Source: the human T2T-CHM13v2.0 reference genome, Homo sapiens
NCBI RefSeq assembly: GCF_009914755.1
Contig: NC_060939.1
Reading direction: 5' to 3' (one strand)
DNA length: 64,000 bases
The position numbers and the translations under genes are program-made. Below the pieces are notes generated by a model. The model was not told where the DNA came from. It was given only the letters and a program-made list of their open reading frames with translations, and searched no databases. How positions within the stretch are numbered: the stretch's first letter is position 1; each line of letters opens with the position of its first letter. Positions 29,270 through 42,479 of the stretch are shown in pieces.

Positions 29270-32200
29270 TTCAATTATGCTTTTATGTGTGTCCATATGG
29301 CCCCAGTCACTTACCTTGGAGCTTTGTTGGTTACTCAATAAATGGGTTGGGACAGCACTCTCAAATGTGGTATTTGTTGCCTCCAAAGACATTTTCTCAA
29401 CACCGTGCCCATTTTTTAGGGGTAGGTAATAGATGAAATAACAACTTCTGTTTCACTTTGGAAGAAATGCCCAAACATGCTTCAGACCACAGGGCCATGA
29501 GAAACCTCCCCAAGGCATGGGCCTCGAGATTTCATGGGGTTTATTGTTCACTCTTTGCCACACATGTGTCTCATTAAGACATTTAGGGTTCTTGCTGTGC
29601 TTGCTCACCAGATTCAACCAAGATGGTGTCCTGGATATGGTGGAAGAAGATGTTCTCTGGGATGCAGAGATTTCCCTGAACAAGTCCATCACAGAGAGCA
29701 GGAGAGTCTGGCCTCTTCAGATGTGAGCCATCATTAAGTTCAAATTCACTCCACCATCCATGCAAACTGTGAGAGCTGCTCCATGGTGCCCAAATCAGCA
29801 CATTCAGCTAGAATCTCTGTAAGTGCTCTCACATGGATGGGGTCAGCCTTATTCAGTGTTGAATTCTGTGCTCTGTGGTGTAATGTTCTTAGGATTCATG
29901 CACTACATTTACCCATGTTTCTGGTACTTTGAATTGGTGAGTATTGCCCTTTTTATCATTTTTCTTCCCTCTCTCTTTTTTTTCTCTCTCTCCTATAAAC
30001 CATGTCCTTCTGGATTGGACTTTGCTTTTCTCCCTGTGGAACATACTTGACATTTGTGACCCTAATTATGGGTCTCATGCACTAATGGGTGATGGGAGTG
30101 AGCCCTGAGAGTTTTAGATATCACCTTACCAGGGAGCTCAAGCATGTGAAGTTATTAAAAGGTCTTCAAATAAGGGAAGATTCTACAGGCAGGGAGAGGA
30201 GGCTGCTTCCTTCAGCAAGGATGGCTTAGAGAGACTTGGGGTGTAAATTTCCCAGCTTTTCTTGAATCCACACAGATAACCCAATTCCAAGTCTTGGAGA
30301 GCCCCCTGCTACAATCAAAGCCTAACTTTTACACAAATGTATTGGCGAGTCTGAGGATTGAACTTACACTGTAATTTTGTACCTACTCCATTAAATTCTG
30401 CATCTATTTTATACAGCTCTATCTGCCTTGCTGCTTGTAAGTAAAACAAAGATGTTTTGTTTTGGTTTTAGTGTCACTGGAGAAGCTGTCTGATTCTCTG
30501 AACATGACGCAAGCCTTGCTGTCACCACCACCGTGAAGGTCAGATACAGCACCCAAGGTACTTGCTGCAATAGGCCTTTCTTCCCCTGCAACTGAGGTGA
30601 TAATTGAATCATAATACCACTGCACGCCTTGGGTTATAGGAATCCCGTTTCCCACTCAGCATTGCATTCAAGACAAAGGACATACCAAGTCAACCCTAAC
30701 ATCTCACATCAGATGTTCATAAACGGCTCACATTTTCTGTACTTTATGCATATTTTTTTACTCATAAAAGAGTCAAGGGGAAACAGCTTTGAAGAAGGAG
30801 CCCAAATGATATTAGCGTTCATACTTATTTTTAGACTTCAAAAAGATAGGTATCTAAACACTACTTACTGGATAAATGTAAGGGTGTATTTTAGCCATTG
30901 TAGATTTCCTAACAGTAATTATTAACTATACAACCATACGAACTCATTATTAAGTACTTAGTGTGCTTTTGACATCAGCTCCATCTCGATTTCTTTGAAT
31001 TGCATGAGCTGTTTTGTAGGACAGTACACATCTGTCCTGGAAGTGTCCCAGAGAGCCAGCAAACCCCTCACCTGCTGGACTGTGGCTGTGTTGGGAACCT
31101 GTCTACGTTTAAAACTCCAATGCTTTGACTGAGTGGTATTGGCTGGATAAAATCTGTGGTCTTTGTGAGCTCTACAAGGGCAAAGCTGGTTAACTTGTTC
31201 ATTTCAAAGGAGTAATCTTAATATTGTTAATGTGGCTTGTGGCATCAAGGTTATTAGAATTTAAGGACTTAATAGATTTCTCCATCTACTACATCAATGG
31301 TAATTGTAGAAATTAGCTAAAATGCACTACTGCTTAAATGCAATGGAAAAATATTTCTTTCTTCCTTTCAAGACTTTAAGAGGTCTGAAATGTTTCTGTC
31401 CAGGCCCTTGCGCCTCTGCCACCGCTGTGAGAAGTACATATCCTGGCCAGCCTGCTGACTCAGGAGGTTGAGAATCAGGTGCAGCAGACCAGAGCACTGC
31501 TTCAGTGTCAGGGTAGAGCTGCTCCATGACCCAGAGATTCATACGAGTAAGTTATTTTCCTCAAGACCAGTGAGTTTGTTACACAACAGAATTGTGGCCA
31601 TACCCAACCAATACAGCATGAATCTTTTCCATTACGTTACTATACAATTACACAATTGATCGTTCTATATGCATTGTTTTGTTAAACTGCATGTCTTAGG
31701 GATCCTCCAAGGTTAGTACCTATAAGCCAAACTTATTCTTTTTAATGGCTGCAGAGTATTCTGCAGTATGGTTATAGCAAAACTTATTTATTCATTCCCC
31801 TGTCGATGAATATCTAACTTCCCAATCTCTCCTTAAATCAACAATGCTGAAATGAACATTTTTATGTATATATGCCTTTTCACACTTGGGCATCATATTT
31901 AAGATAGATTCCTGCTGTAAAGTTTATGAATCAAAATATGTACATATTTAAATTTTGAGAATTACTGCCACTTTTTCTGAAAGGCTACACATTTGCACTC
32001 CCACCAATGATGAATGAGAACATTGATTACCCTGCCTCTTCTAAATTAATCCCAGCCTAATAGATGAGGAAAAAGTCTCATGGTTGTAACATACTATTTC
32101 TTGATTTTTGAGTAAGTTTAACACATTTTCATATGCTTACTATGTTTGACTCTTCCGAGAGAGTATGTTCATGGTCTAAATTTTTCTATTAAAATGTTTT

Positions 32201-33227
32201 TCTTTCTTATCAATTTTAGGATCTCTTTATATATTCTTGATATTCATCCGTATTGATTAAATATGTTACAAATATTATCTACCAATCTACCACTTGCCCA
32301 TTGACTTTACAGTGTTTTGCTTTTTCACTAAAGAAGATTTTAGGTTTTTATGAAGACAAACGTTTCATTAGATTTATGTAGGACTTTTGATTTTTGCACA
32401 TTGCCTAGAAATACTTGTACTTCACTTCAATATAATGAAACCACTCCGTATATTTTCTTTTACTAAATTTACAATCTTAACTTTTATCTGGCATTTATAC
32501 CATTGCACTATTATGAAAACACTCTATAATGTTTTCTCCTAATAAGTTTACAGTACCATTTTATATCTGAACATTTTTTATAATGTAAGAAAAAATTTTT
32601 CCTATAGATATCTAATTATCTCCAAATTATTTATTGAATGAGCTATTCATTTACTATTGACTTTAAACACCATTATCTTTGTCATAAGCTACTATCTCAT
32701 TAACAGAAGAGTATATTAATTTTTAAAGAGTTTTAAAAATTTTATAGCAAAAACACATAAAATTTACATCTTAATTGTTTTTAATGTACCGTTTAGTAGT
32801 ATTAAGTACATTCACATTGTTGTGCAATTGTGACCACCATCTATCTCTAGAAATTCTTTAATTTGCAAAACTGAACATGTACCCATTAAAAAATAACTCA
32901 TCATTTCACCCTCAAAAGGGTGAAAATCCTGGAAAGCCTGGAAACTGCCAGTGTACTTTCTGTCTCCATGAATTTGACTACTCTATGTATCTCATATAAG
33001 TAAAATCATGCAGCATTCTTTTTATGACCAGCTCTTTCACTTAGCCTAGTGGCTTCAAGATTCATCCATGTTGTAGCACGTGACAGGATTTCCTTCCTTT
33101 TTTAAGGATGAGTAATATTAAGGATATATTTCTAAAACCTCGAGCCTGTTTATCTGTTTTATTTTTCTACTTTGGTACAATACTACAATGTTTTAAATAC
33201 AACAGATCAATAGTGATAAGAAAAAGC

Positions 33228-33993
33228 TGGTATAGTTGGATATTTGTCCCCTCCAGATCTCACGCTGAATTTGATCTCCAGCGTTGGAGGTGGAGGCTAG
33301 TGGAAGGTGCTTGGGTCACGAGGGCAGATCCCTTGTAAATGGCTTGGTGATATCTGCTTGGCAGTGAGTGAGATCTTTTTCTAATAGTTCATGAGAGAGT
33401 TGGTTGATTAAAAGAGCCTGAGCTCCCCTTCCCTCTCTCACCCTCTCTCTCGCCCTCTCTCTCACCCTCTCTCTCGCTCTCTCTCTCACCCTCTCTCACC
33501 CTCTCTCTCACCCTCTCTCACTCTCTCTCTCACCCTCCCTCTCTCTCTCACCCTCTCTCACTCTCTCTCTCACCCTCCCTCTCTCTCTCACCCTCTCTCA
33601 CTCTCTCTCTCACCCTCCCTCTCGCTCTCTCTCTCGCCCTCTCTCTCGCCCTCTCTCTCGCTCTGCTCTCTCTCTCACCCTCTCTCTCGCTCTCTCTCTC
33701 ACCCTCTCTCTCGCTCTCTCTCTCGCTCTCTCGCCCTCTCTCTCACCCTCTCTCACCCTCTCTCTCGCTCTCTCTCTCACCCTCTCTCGCTCTCTCTCTC
33801 ACCACAACATAAACCTGCTCCCCTTCACCTTCCACTGGTGGTGGAAGCAGCCTGAAGCCCTCACCAGAAGCAAATGCTGACACCATGCTTCTTGTACAGC
33901 CTACAGAACCATGAGCCAAAGAAACTGCTTTTCTTTATAAATTACCCAGCCCTAGGTATTCCTTTATGGGAACACAAAATGGAATGAAATACA
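33228..33993 (+). mobile_element. MSTB-like MaLR solo LTR with an expanded CT tract
   Basis: tggtatagttggatatttgtcccctccagatctc...gaaccatgagccaaagaaactgcttttctttataaattacccag. Confidence 0.85.
33430..33802. repeat. CT-rich tandem array with higher-order structure
   Basis: (CT)n punctuated by CACC/CGCC; three perfect 40-bp units at 33501-33620. Confidence 0.95.
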
Positions 33994-34048
33994 AGTAAAT
34001 TTGCCATCTTATCGTTCTCTTTGTAAAAATGAATTAGACATTCTCCAC

Positions 34049-34782
34049 TGCTGTGGTCTGAATATGTCCCCCAAAATTCATATGTTGTAAACGTAATGCC
34101 CAATACAACAGTGTTGGGACATGGGGCATTTTGAGAGATGTTTAGGTTTCTTCAAATTGATATCATTATAAAAGGGCTTGAAGGAGAAAGTCTGGCCCCA
34201 TTTCACCCTTCCTTCCTGATATGGTTTGGCTGTGTCCCCACCTGAATCTCATCTCGAATTCCCATATATTGTGAAAGGGAACCGGTGGAGGTAATTGACT
34301 CATGGAGGCAGATCTTTTCCGTGCTGTTCTCGTGATAGTGAATAAGTCTCACGAGATCTGATGGTTTTAAAAATGGGAGTCTCCCTGCAAAAGCTCTCTT
34401 CTCTTGTCTGCTGCCATGTGAGACATGCATTTCACTTTCTGCTGTAATTGTGAGGCCTCCCCAGCCATGTGAAACTGTAAGTCGAATAACCCCCTTTCTT
34501 TTGTAAATTGCCCAGTCTCGGATATGCCTTTGTCAGCAGCATGAAAACGGACTAATAATACACTTTTCTTCTGCTATATGAGGACACAGCATTTGTCCCT
34601 TCTGGAAGATGCAGCATCCAAGGCACCACCTTGGAAGCAGAGAATAGCCGTTACCCGATAGTTAAGCCAGCCAGCACCTCAGTTGGACTTAGGCTGTAGA
34701 ACGGTCAGAGATAAATTTCTGTTCTGTATTAATTACCTAGTCTCAGATATTCAGTTATAGCAGCACAAAACTGACTAAAACA
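34049..34782 (+). mobile_element. MSTC/D-like MaLR LTR interrupted by THE1
   Basis: tgctgtggtctgaatatgtcccccaaaattcatatgttg...gcagcacaaaactgactaaaaca; flanks TCCAC/TCTGC. Confidence 0.8.
34217..34562 (+). mobile_element. THE1A/B solo LTR
   Basis: TGATATGGTTTGGCTGTGTCCCCACC...cagcagcatgaaaacggactaata. Confidence 0.9.
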
Positions 34783-34863
34783 TCTGCCATATGAATTTTA
34801 AAAACCTTTTATCAAGTTCATAAAACTTTCAGTTAAATTGAAAATTTTCTTTTTTTGGGGGGG

Positions 34864-36080
34864 TTTATTATTATTTTTATTTTTTATTATACTTTACGTT
34901 TTAGGGTACATGTGCACAATGTGCAGGTTAGTTACACATGTATACATGTGCCATGTTGGTGTGCTGCACCCAGTAACTCGTCATTTAACATTAGGTATAC
35001 CTCCAAATGCTATCCCTCCCACCTACCCCTACCCCACAACAGGCCCCGGTGTGTGATGTTCCCCTTCCTGTGTCCATGTGTTCTCATTGTTCAATTCCCA
35101 CCTGTGAGTGAGAACATGTGGTGTTTGGTTTTTTGTCCTTGTAATAGTTTGCTGAGAATGATAGTTTCCAGCTTCATCCATGTCCCTACAAAGGACATGA
35201 AATCATCATTTTTTATGGCTGCGTAGTATTCCCTGGTGTATATGTGCCACATTTTCTTAATCCAGTCTATCATTGTTGGACATTTGGATTGGTTCCAAGT
35301 CTTTGCTATTGTGAATAGTGCTGCAATAAACATATGTGTGCATGTGTCTTTATAGCAGCATGATTTATAATCCTTTGGGTATATACCCAGTAATGGGATG
35401 GCTGGGTCAAATGGTATTTCTAGTTCTAGATCTCTGAGGAATCGCCACACTGACTTCCACAATGGTTGAACTGGTTTACAGTCCCACCAACAGTGTAAAA
35501 GTGTTCCTATTTCTCCACAGCCTCTCCAGCACCTGTTGTTTCCTGACTTTTTAATGATCGCCATTCTAACTGGTGTGAGATGGTACCTCATTGTGGTTTT
35601 GATTTGCATTTCTCTGATGGCCAGTGATGGTGAGCATTTTTTCATGTGTCTTTTGGCTGCATAAATGTCTTCTTTTGAGAAGTGTCTGTTCATATCCTTT
35701 GCCCACTTTTTGATGGGGTGGTTTGTTTGGTTTTTTTTGTAAATTTGTTGGAGTTCATTGTAGATTCTGGATATTAGCCCTTTGTCAGATGAGGAGATTG
35801 CAAAAATTTTCTCCCATTCTGTAGGTTGCGTATTCGCTCTGACGGTACTTTCTTTTGCTGTGCAGAAGCTCTTTAGTTTAATTAGATCCCATTTGTCAAT
35901 TTTGGCTTTTGTTGCCATTGCTTTTGGTGTTTTAGACATGAAGTCCTTGCCCATGCCTATGTCCTGAATGGTATTGCCTAGGTTTTCTTCTAGGGTTTTT
36001 ATGGTTTTAGGTCTGACATTTAAGTCTTTAATCCATCTTGAATTAATTTTTGTATAAGGGTTAAGGAAGGGATCCAGTTT
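34864..36080 (-). mobile_element. 5'-truncated L1PA (L1PA4/5-like) 3' fragment
   Basis: Primate L1 3'UTR plus ORF2 C-terminus; sequence similarity to L1 ends abruptly at gatccagttt (36080). Confidence 0.95.
35091..36080 (-). pseudogene. Uninterrupted C-terminal 329 codons of L1 ORF2 (includes the CCHC Cys-rich motif)
   Basis: KLDPFL... runs in frame into ORF 35091..35954, containing [19 protein letters not shown] and ending GGN-stop. No promoter or N-terminus. Confidence 0.9.
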
Positions 36081-36244
36081 TTCATGAGATGTATAGATTA
36101 ACCTGGAGATAATTTACATTTTCCATGACTGTATCTTTCAGTGTAGGTATAGGGTATGTCTCCTCTTATTTTTTTTTTTTTAACATTCTTCAACAAAGTT
36201 TACAATTTTATTCACATCAGACTTGTATACTCTTTGTCAGGTTT

Positions 36245-36960
36245 ATGGTAGAATTTGCTGGCAACTCTTCAAAATTTAATCAACCCTTTTCTTTGTGCAA
36301 GCAGTTAGATTCCCTTCCCAGCTTCCCTTGCAATTAGTTGGGGTCATATGACTGAGGTTGTAGTTAGTGGAATTTGAGCAGAAGTGATGGATGTTACTTC
36401 CAAGCCAGGACCTTAAAACCATCCCACACTTTCTCTAAGCTCTCTTTCCTTCCTGCCTTGGATGACAACTCCCAGGGTGATCTTGGGAGAAACCTGTGGA
36501 AGGTGACAGAACCCCTGTGTCCCTGAATGATGCAGTGGAGCAGAGTCCCAACCTCCCCCTCTGGACTGCTGCCCTGGGCTTTTGGATGAGTGAAACATGA
36601 ACTGCTCTTGGATGGAGTTGTTACACGTTTGAGTCTGTTACTACAGCTGATTCTACCCTAATCAGTATCAAACCAGTGACCTTAAGGTGTGATGCCACAG
36701 ATGAGCCCTGAAATACATGAATGCCACTTCCAGGCCACCCCATAACAACCTTACATACACACTCTTCCATGCTTTCCTCCTCTCTGGCTAACCAGGATTG
36801 CAACTCCATGATAGCCTTGGAAGCAGGGTATAAAAGATGGCAGAGTCGCTGCTCACCTGTGCACCCAGAGCCTCCACACCTGCCTGGAACCACCTGGAAC
36901 GTCACGTTGCTAAGGGAGTTGTTAGATATTGGGGTCTCTGTAATGCTAGAAGAGGTTCCA
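36245..36960 (+). mobile_element. Old MaLR LTR(s), MLT1J/K-like, probably two pieces
   Basis: gagcagaagtgatggatgttacttccaagcc and atgccacttccaggcc; ttcccttgcaattagttggggtcatatgactgag. Confidence 0.6.
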
Positions 36961-39366
36961 TTTAGATAATAAAAGTTCTTCTTTGGGGTTTTGTGTGCAT
37001 TTAAACAATTGGTAATGGCATTTGTTTCTTTCTATCATGTTTTCTAATTGGTTATTGTTAGTATTTTTAAATGTTTATTTTATATCAGACCACCTTACTA
37101 GTTAATATAGTTTATCAGTTAATTCTGTGAAATTTTGGGGTAGATTATCAGATAAAACTTTTTAAAATGGCAGTTTTGTCTTTTCTTCATGCTGTCTGTA
37201 CAATGTTTCTGTATTTACTGCTAAGATTTCTTATTCACTGTTTGCATAAAAGTGGTGCTAGTAGGTGTCCTTTTCTTGTGTATAATTTTAACATGAATAT
37301 TTATGATATTTTGCCATTAGCTATTATGTTTGCTCCAGTTTTCTAGATCTCTCTTATACAAAATTAAGAAAGTTTTCTTTTATTTCTAACTTCACTGTTT
37401 TGCTTTGTTTACATTTTTATCAGAAATGTAATCAGGATGTTGGTTTTAGCAAATGCTTTCTTGATATTGATTGAGATGATCTTGTTTTCCTCTTTTAATC
37501 TGAAGACATACAGAATTGAATTAATAGATTTTGAAACTATTGAATCATGTTTGCATATCTAAGTCTTGATTTTACAAGACACACACATTTTTAAAAATCA
37601 TTATTCTGTGAAATTTGCTAAGATTTTTTGGGGTTTAATTTCTGCAGCTCTCTGTGTTAGTGAGATTGGCTGATCTCATTTAGTTTTGTGTCAGCTTTGT
37701 CTAGTTGTGGTGTTAGTTTTATACTAGCCTCACAGAATAAGGTAGCAGCCTTCCCATATTGTTTGATGCTACAGCAAAGTCTGTATCACACAGGGATAAT
37801 CTAATCTATGAGCTAAAGTTTCATAAAATTTATTAACTCAAGAAAATCCCTGAACTTGGTTTCATTATTATGGATAGATTTTTTTCTTTTTATTATCTTT
37901 TAAATTTGGTTTAGATGCTTTTGACTGTTTGAATTTTGTTTCTTATTAAGTTAAAAATGATAATTTATAGTGTTCTCAAAAACTGTCCATTTAATCTAGA
38001 CATTGAAATATATTAATTTAATATCTTATATTTTAAATATATTTATATATTTATACCAGCTTGCTTTTAAAATTATATTTGTATTTATATTATATTACAA
38101 AATATTTTTAAATGCTCTTTTCATTGCAAAGAACTGTCTTTTTATTTTAGTGATGAAATCTGTGAATTTTAGCTGCTAAATCATTTTGTTTAAATCTTAT
38201 TATATTGCTTCTACTTTCTTTAGGTTGTTTTTTCTTTGATTTGATTACATTTTTCAATTATGGAAAATTTTCAGCTGTTAGCTCCAAATACCTCCTCTCC
38301 ATTCTTTCTCTCCTAGAACTCTTACAGATTGTGCATTCTATCATTAATTCCTCCTAAATGATCATTCCCAGTCGCCATTTTTTATATATCTGCTGTAATC
38401 TGAGTGATTTCTCAGTGCTAATGTCTACCTCACTGATTCTCTCTGTTGCTATTTCTATGTAATCTGTTGAAAACTGCATCTATTGATAAATTATTTTCTT
38501 TTTTGCTATCCTTTCATTCTTTATTTTTAGTTTATTTGTTTTATGGAAGGAAATATGGCTTGTATCATTTTTGCTTTTAGGAATGTGCATAGCTTTTCTT
38601 TGCAGCCAGACACATAATCTATTTTTGTGCCTATCTGGGTAGGGAGGATTTCAAAAACACCTGGAGGCAAGAATAGGGAACATTAACTGCCTTAAAACCA
38701 GGATCAGTCCTGGCTCCCCAGGGGCTCAGCTCATTGGCTCCAGACAAGAGTTCTGATCTGAACATCTGAGTTAAGAAAAAAGACCTCATGTGTCTTCCTG
38801 TGCCATCCTGCTGGAGCAAGAGCCAGGAGACCTACAGGAGCGCTGCTTCCTCCTCCCTTTTATGCGCTTGTCTCAAGTCTGTTTTGGAGGCCATTGCAAA
38901 GGTGCTGCCTGCAGGAGCCAGCCCTCTGGGCGTGTGGAGGGAAGGGCACACTGACTAAGCTGCCCACAGGAGGGAAGCGGGACCAAGGACGTGGGAGGAA
39001 GCTCACATGGTAACTATGGGGCATAAGGCATTTTGAGAAAAGCAAGACTTTGAGGAGGAATTTTTAGGACTAAAGAATAGCATGAGTGTCTGGAAATCCT
39101 AGGGTAAAGAGCAACTCATAAGGAGAAAGAGAAAGGTGGGAGAGCTCAGAGGCAAAAGTCTATTCTTACCTGTGCCCTGGACTGGCCCTTCCCTACCCCA
39201 TTTCCTAGACACCGAGATAGAATTTCATGCTGCTCACAGTGTCCGGACTGCAACACACCATTTCTGTGTTTCCTGTAGTTAGGTGGAGTTGATAATTTAA
39301 GTAACAGACAAAACTAAGAGACCCCTTGGCCAGTCTCAGGCAGCAAGCACAGTGTGTGCCCTTTAT

Positions 39367-39541
39367 TATTTTATTTTATTTATTTATATTTTTTGAGACA
39401 GAGTCTCACTGTGTCGCCCAGGCTGGAGTGCGATGGCGGGATCTTGGCTCACTGCAAGCTCTGCCTCCCGGGTTCACGCCATTCTCCTGCCTCAGCCTCT
39501 TGAGTAGCTAGGACTACAGGCGCCTGCCACCATGCCGGGCT

Positions 39542-39574
<33 letters not shown>

Positions 39575-39682
39575 TAGAGACAGAGTTTCACCGTGTTAGC
39601 CAGGATGGTCTCGATCTCCTGATCCCCCCTCCTCAGCCTCCAAAAGTGCTGGGATTACAGGCGTGAGCCACCACGCCTGGCC
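39367..39682 (-). mobile_element. AluY
   Basis: AluY diagnostics; 15-bp TSD GTGTGTGCCCTTTAT. Confidence 0.96.
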
Positions 39683-41443
39683 GTGTGTGCCCTTTATACT
39701 AGTAATAGGCACATGTGAATTTTGTCCACACTTATGCAGAAATGGAGAAAGAAGCACTGCAGTAAACACCTAAGAAATAGCAATCAGAAAGGTTGTGGGC
39801 AAAGCTCGATATTCAGATGTGTCCTGGACTCCCCTCCAGTATCATTTTAATTACAAATCATCCATATGGAAACCTGGAGACTGTTTTAACTTTCCTTTTC
39901 AGTTTTTAGTTATATCTTACATCTTATATCACTTTCTAAAATTGAATAACCTGGAGATTAATTTATTTGCTTGTCACTTTTCCATTAGAAGCTTGAATTC
40001 ATTTCTGTTTTCATTACCAGTACACAGTGGCTTGTCCCAAATTATCTTCACCCAAATCCTACCTGGATGAACTTACAGCATTTTAATAAAAATGGTTATT
40101 TGCTCTGGGAGAAAATTGTAATGGGCAAAATAAATCTCCTTATCTTTGAAGTAGTTTGAATGTGAGATCACAGTATGTCCTTTCTGTTAATACTTGGCTG
40201 CAGGATAATCCATGATTCCTTCTTTAAAAAAGTTCAGTACTAAAGTTGTTATGCAACATTTTATTAGAAGATAAAGTGCTCCCATTCTTCATATATACTC
40301 CATAAACTGCTGAGATGTCAAAGTGCTCCATAAATAATACAAGCTTCTTGCCCGTCATTAACAAAAGACGCTGCTAAGTGGACAGAAAATTCAGTAATTC
40401 CCTTTTATGGAGATCACAGTACATACACTTAGTCCAATTTGCTGACCCTGCCATCAAAAATTACTGTCTGCAGAAACCCTGGCCTGGATTTTTTCACACT
40501 GAAAAATGGAGAGCTGGGGATTTTAATGGAAGACGCTGAACACTGGTTAAAATTCTGCCTTCACTTGAGAACTGGTCCACTGAGAAAAAATTATAACTAT
40601 TGCTTCCCTTCCATTGAGAACACACTCTTCTATCAAAGGCATTCTGAGCCAGGAATCTGAGCTCTTTCAAGAAATCAGCTTATAGTAAGGCCAAATGAAC
40701 TGCTAAGTCAGATCCCAGTGTGATGATATGCATATTCCCATTTATGATATGTCATCAATCATGGCTCATGCCTCTTGATTGCACTATGATAAATATGCCA
40801 CTCAAGCAGGTTCATCGTACATCAGAGCCAGGGAAGGCAGCTTGGGAAATGCACAGGGTAATGGGCAACTTGGAAAGTGTGCAAATCCAGACAAGGCAGG
40901 TGCCTGCAGGACAAATCAGCCAAAGCCAACCAGATGTCTGGGCACCTGGTGTGGACATGCTTTCCCTCAGCCCAGATTTAGTTTCAGTGCATCACGTCTC
41001 TGTGTTCCAAGCAGCAGTTAACCTCAAGGCCGCACTAACATCTCTGGTGAGTTTACGGCCTCTGGTTCCTATCTACTCTCTGATTTAGGATATTCTTCAG
41101 CAGCAGATTGATCCTACATTCTGGCAAGTGCAGTTACATGGATCGTAATGTGCAAGTTCCCATGACCCCTCAGTCTTTCTTTCCAGCTGATGCACAAGTT
41201 AGACTCTAGTCCTCTCCAGATGTTTCATCTCACAATATGAAATCCACCTTTCACTGGTATCTCTCACACAAATCAGAGCCAGATTGCCAAACTTCTTCAC
41301 CTGACCTAATCGGCCAAAAACCAGAAAGCAGTATTTGCTGTTTTCCAATGATGTGGCCCACCGTGATTAACTTCCATAACACACAAACATGTTCCTCAAA
41401 AAGAAAGGCTAATGCTACATTCTAGAGAAAATGTATTACCCCT

Positions 41444-41783
41444 TGATATGGTTTGACTCTGTGTCCTCACCCAAATCTCATCTCAAATTGTAATCCCCAC
41501 GTGTCGAGGGAGGGAGGTGATTGGATCACTTCCAATGCTGTTCTTGTGATAGTGAGTGAGTTCTCATGAGATCTGATTTTAAAAATGGCAGTTTCCCCTG
41601 TGCTCTCTCTCTCTTGCTGCCTTGTGAAGAAGGTGCTTACTTCCCCTTTGCCTTCTGCATAATTGTAAGTTTCCTGAGGCCTCCCCAGCCATGTGGAACG
41701 GTGAGTCAATTAAACCCCTTTCGTTTATAAATTACCCAGTCTCAGGTAATATGTTTACAGCAGTGTGAGAAAGGACAAATGCA
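41444..41783 (+). mobile_element. THE1D-like solo LTR
   Basis: TGATATGGTTTG...GCA with a perfect TSD CCCCT (41439-41443 / 41784-41788). Confidence 0.92.
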
Positions 41784-41811
41784 CCCCTCTCACCCTTTCT
41801 TTCCTGTTAAA

Positions 41812-42288
41812 TTGTTTCAAAACTAGCTTTGGGGCATGTTAAAAATGTAGATGCGCCAGGCGGATAACTCATACCTGTAATCCCAGCACTTTGGGAGGGT
41901 GAATCACGAGGTCAGGAGATCGAGACCATCCTGGCTAACACAGTGAAACCCCGTCTGTATTAAAAATACAAAAAGTTAGCCGGGTATGGTAGCATGCACC
42001 TGTACAGTCCCAGCTACTCGGGGGGCTGAGGTGGGAGAATCACTTGAACCTAGAGGCAGAGGTTTCAGTGAGCTGAGATCGCACCACTGTACTCCAGCCT
42101 GGGCAATGGAGCAAGATTCCATCTCAAAAAAAAAAAAACAAAAAACAAAAAACAAACAAACAAACAAAAAAAACCTGCCTGGGCCTCAAGTGCAGACCTA
42201 TTAAATTAAAATTTCTGGGAATGGGGCTTACAGACTCTTGTTTTTTTATAAGCAGCCAGATAGTTCTGTGCATTGAAGTTTGAGAAGT
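41812..42288. mobile_element. MER5-like hAT DNA transposon fossil split by an Alu
   Basis: gttaaaaatgtagat...cagacctattaaattaaaatttctgggaatgggg...gaagtttgagaa. Confidence 0.65.
41853..42173 (+). mobile_element. AluSc-like
   Basis: Dimeric Alu with small deletions and an A/(CAAA)n tail. Confidence 0.92.
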
Positions 42289-42479
42289 TATTTGGGGTAG
42301 GTTTTCTCTGAGATGCCTTTCTGCCCTGATATTTTGTGGTTCTAGAAGCATTCAAAGAAAACTGTCAATGCACACCCCAAAGGCACACCCATGGGTCTCC
42401 TGCAGCACTGGCCACCATTCTCAGACCATTGCAGGACTGTGCAGAGGGAGTGATGGACAGGGGAAAATGGGACAGGGAA

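Larger units (their letters stand above)
31640..38600 (-). mobile_element. Ancient L1ME-like host with nested L1MB piece (about 32720-33117), MaLR LTRs and L1PA
   Basis: T-rich antisense L1 phrases (ttaatggctgcagagtattc; ttgcactcccaccaatga; gcaaatgctttcttgatattgattgagatgatc) run colinearly between the insertions. Confidence 0.6.

Noticed and set aside
33430-33802. Repeat arrays as a CRISPR-like locus (also 7090-7277)
   Set aside because: The units are low-complexity with no unique spacers, there are no cas genes, and the context is primate.
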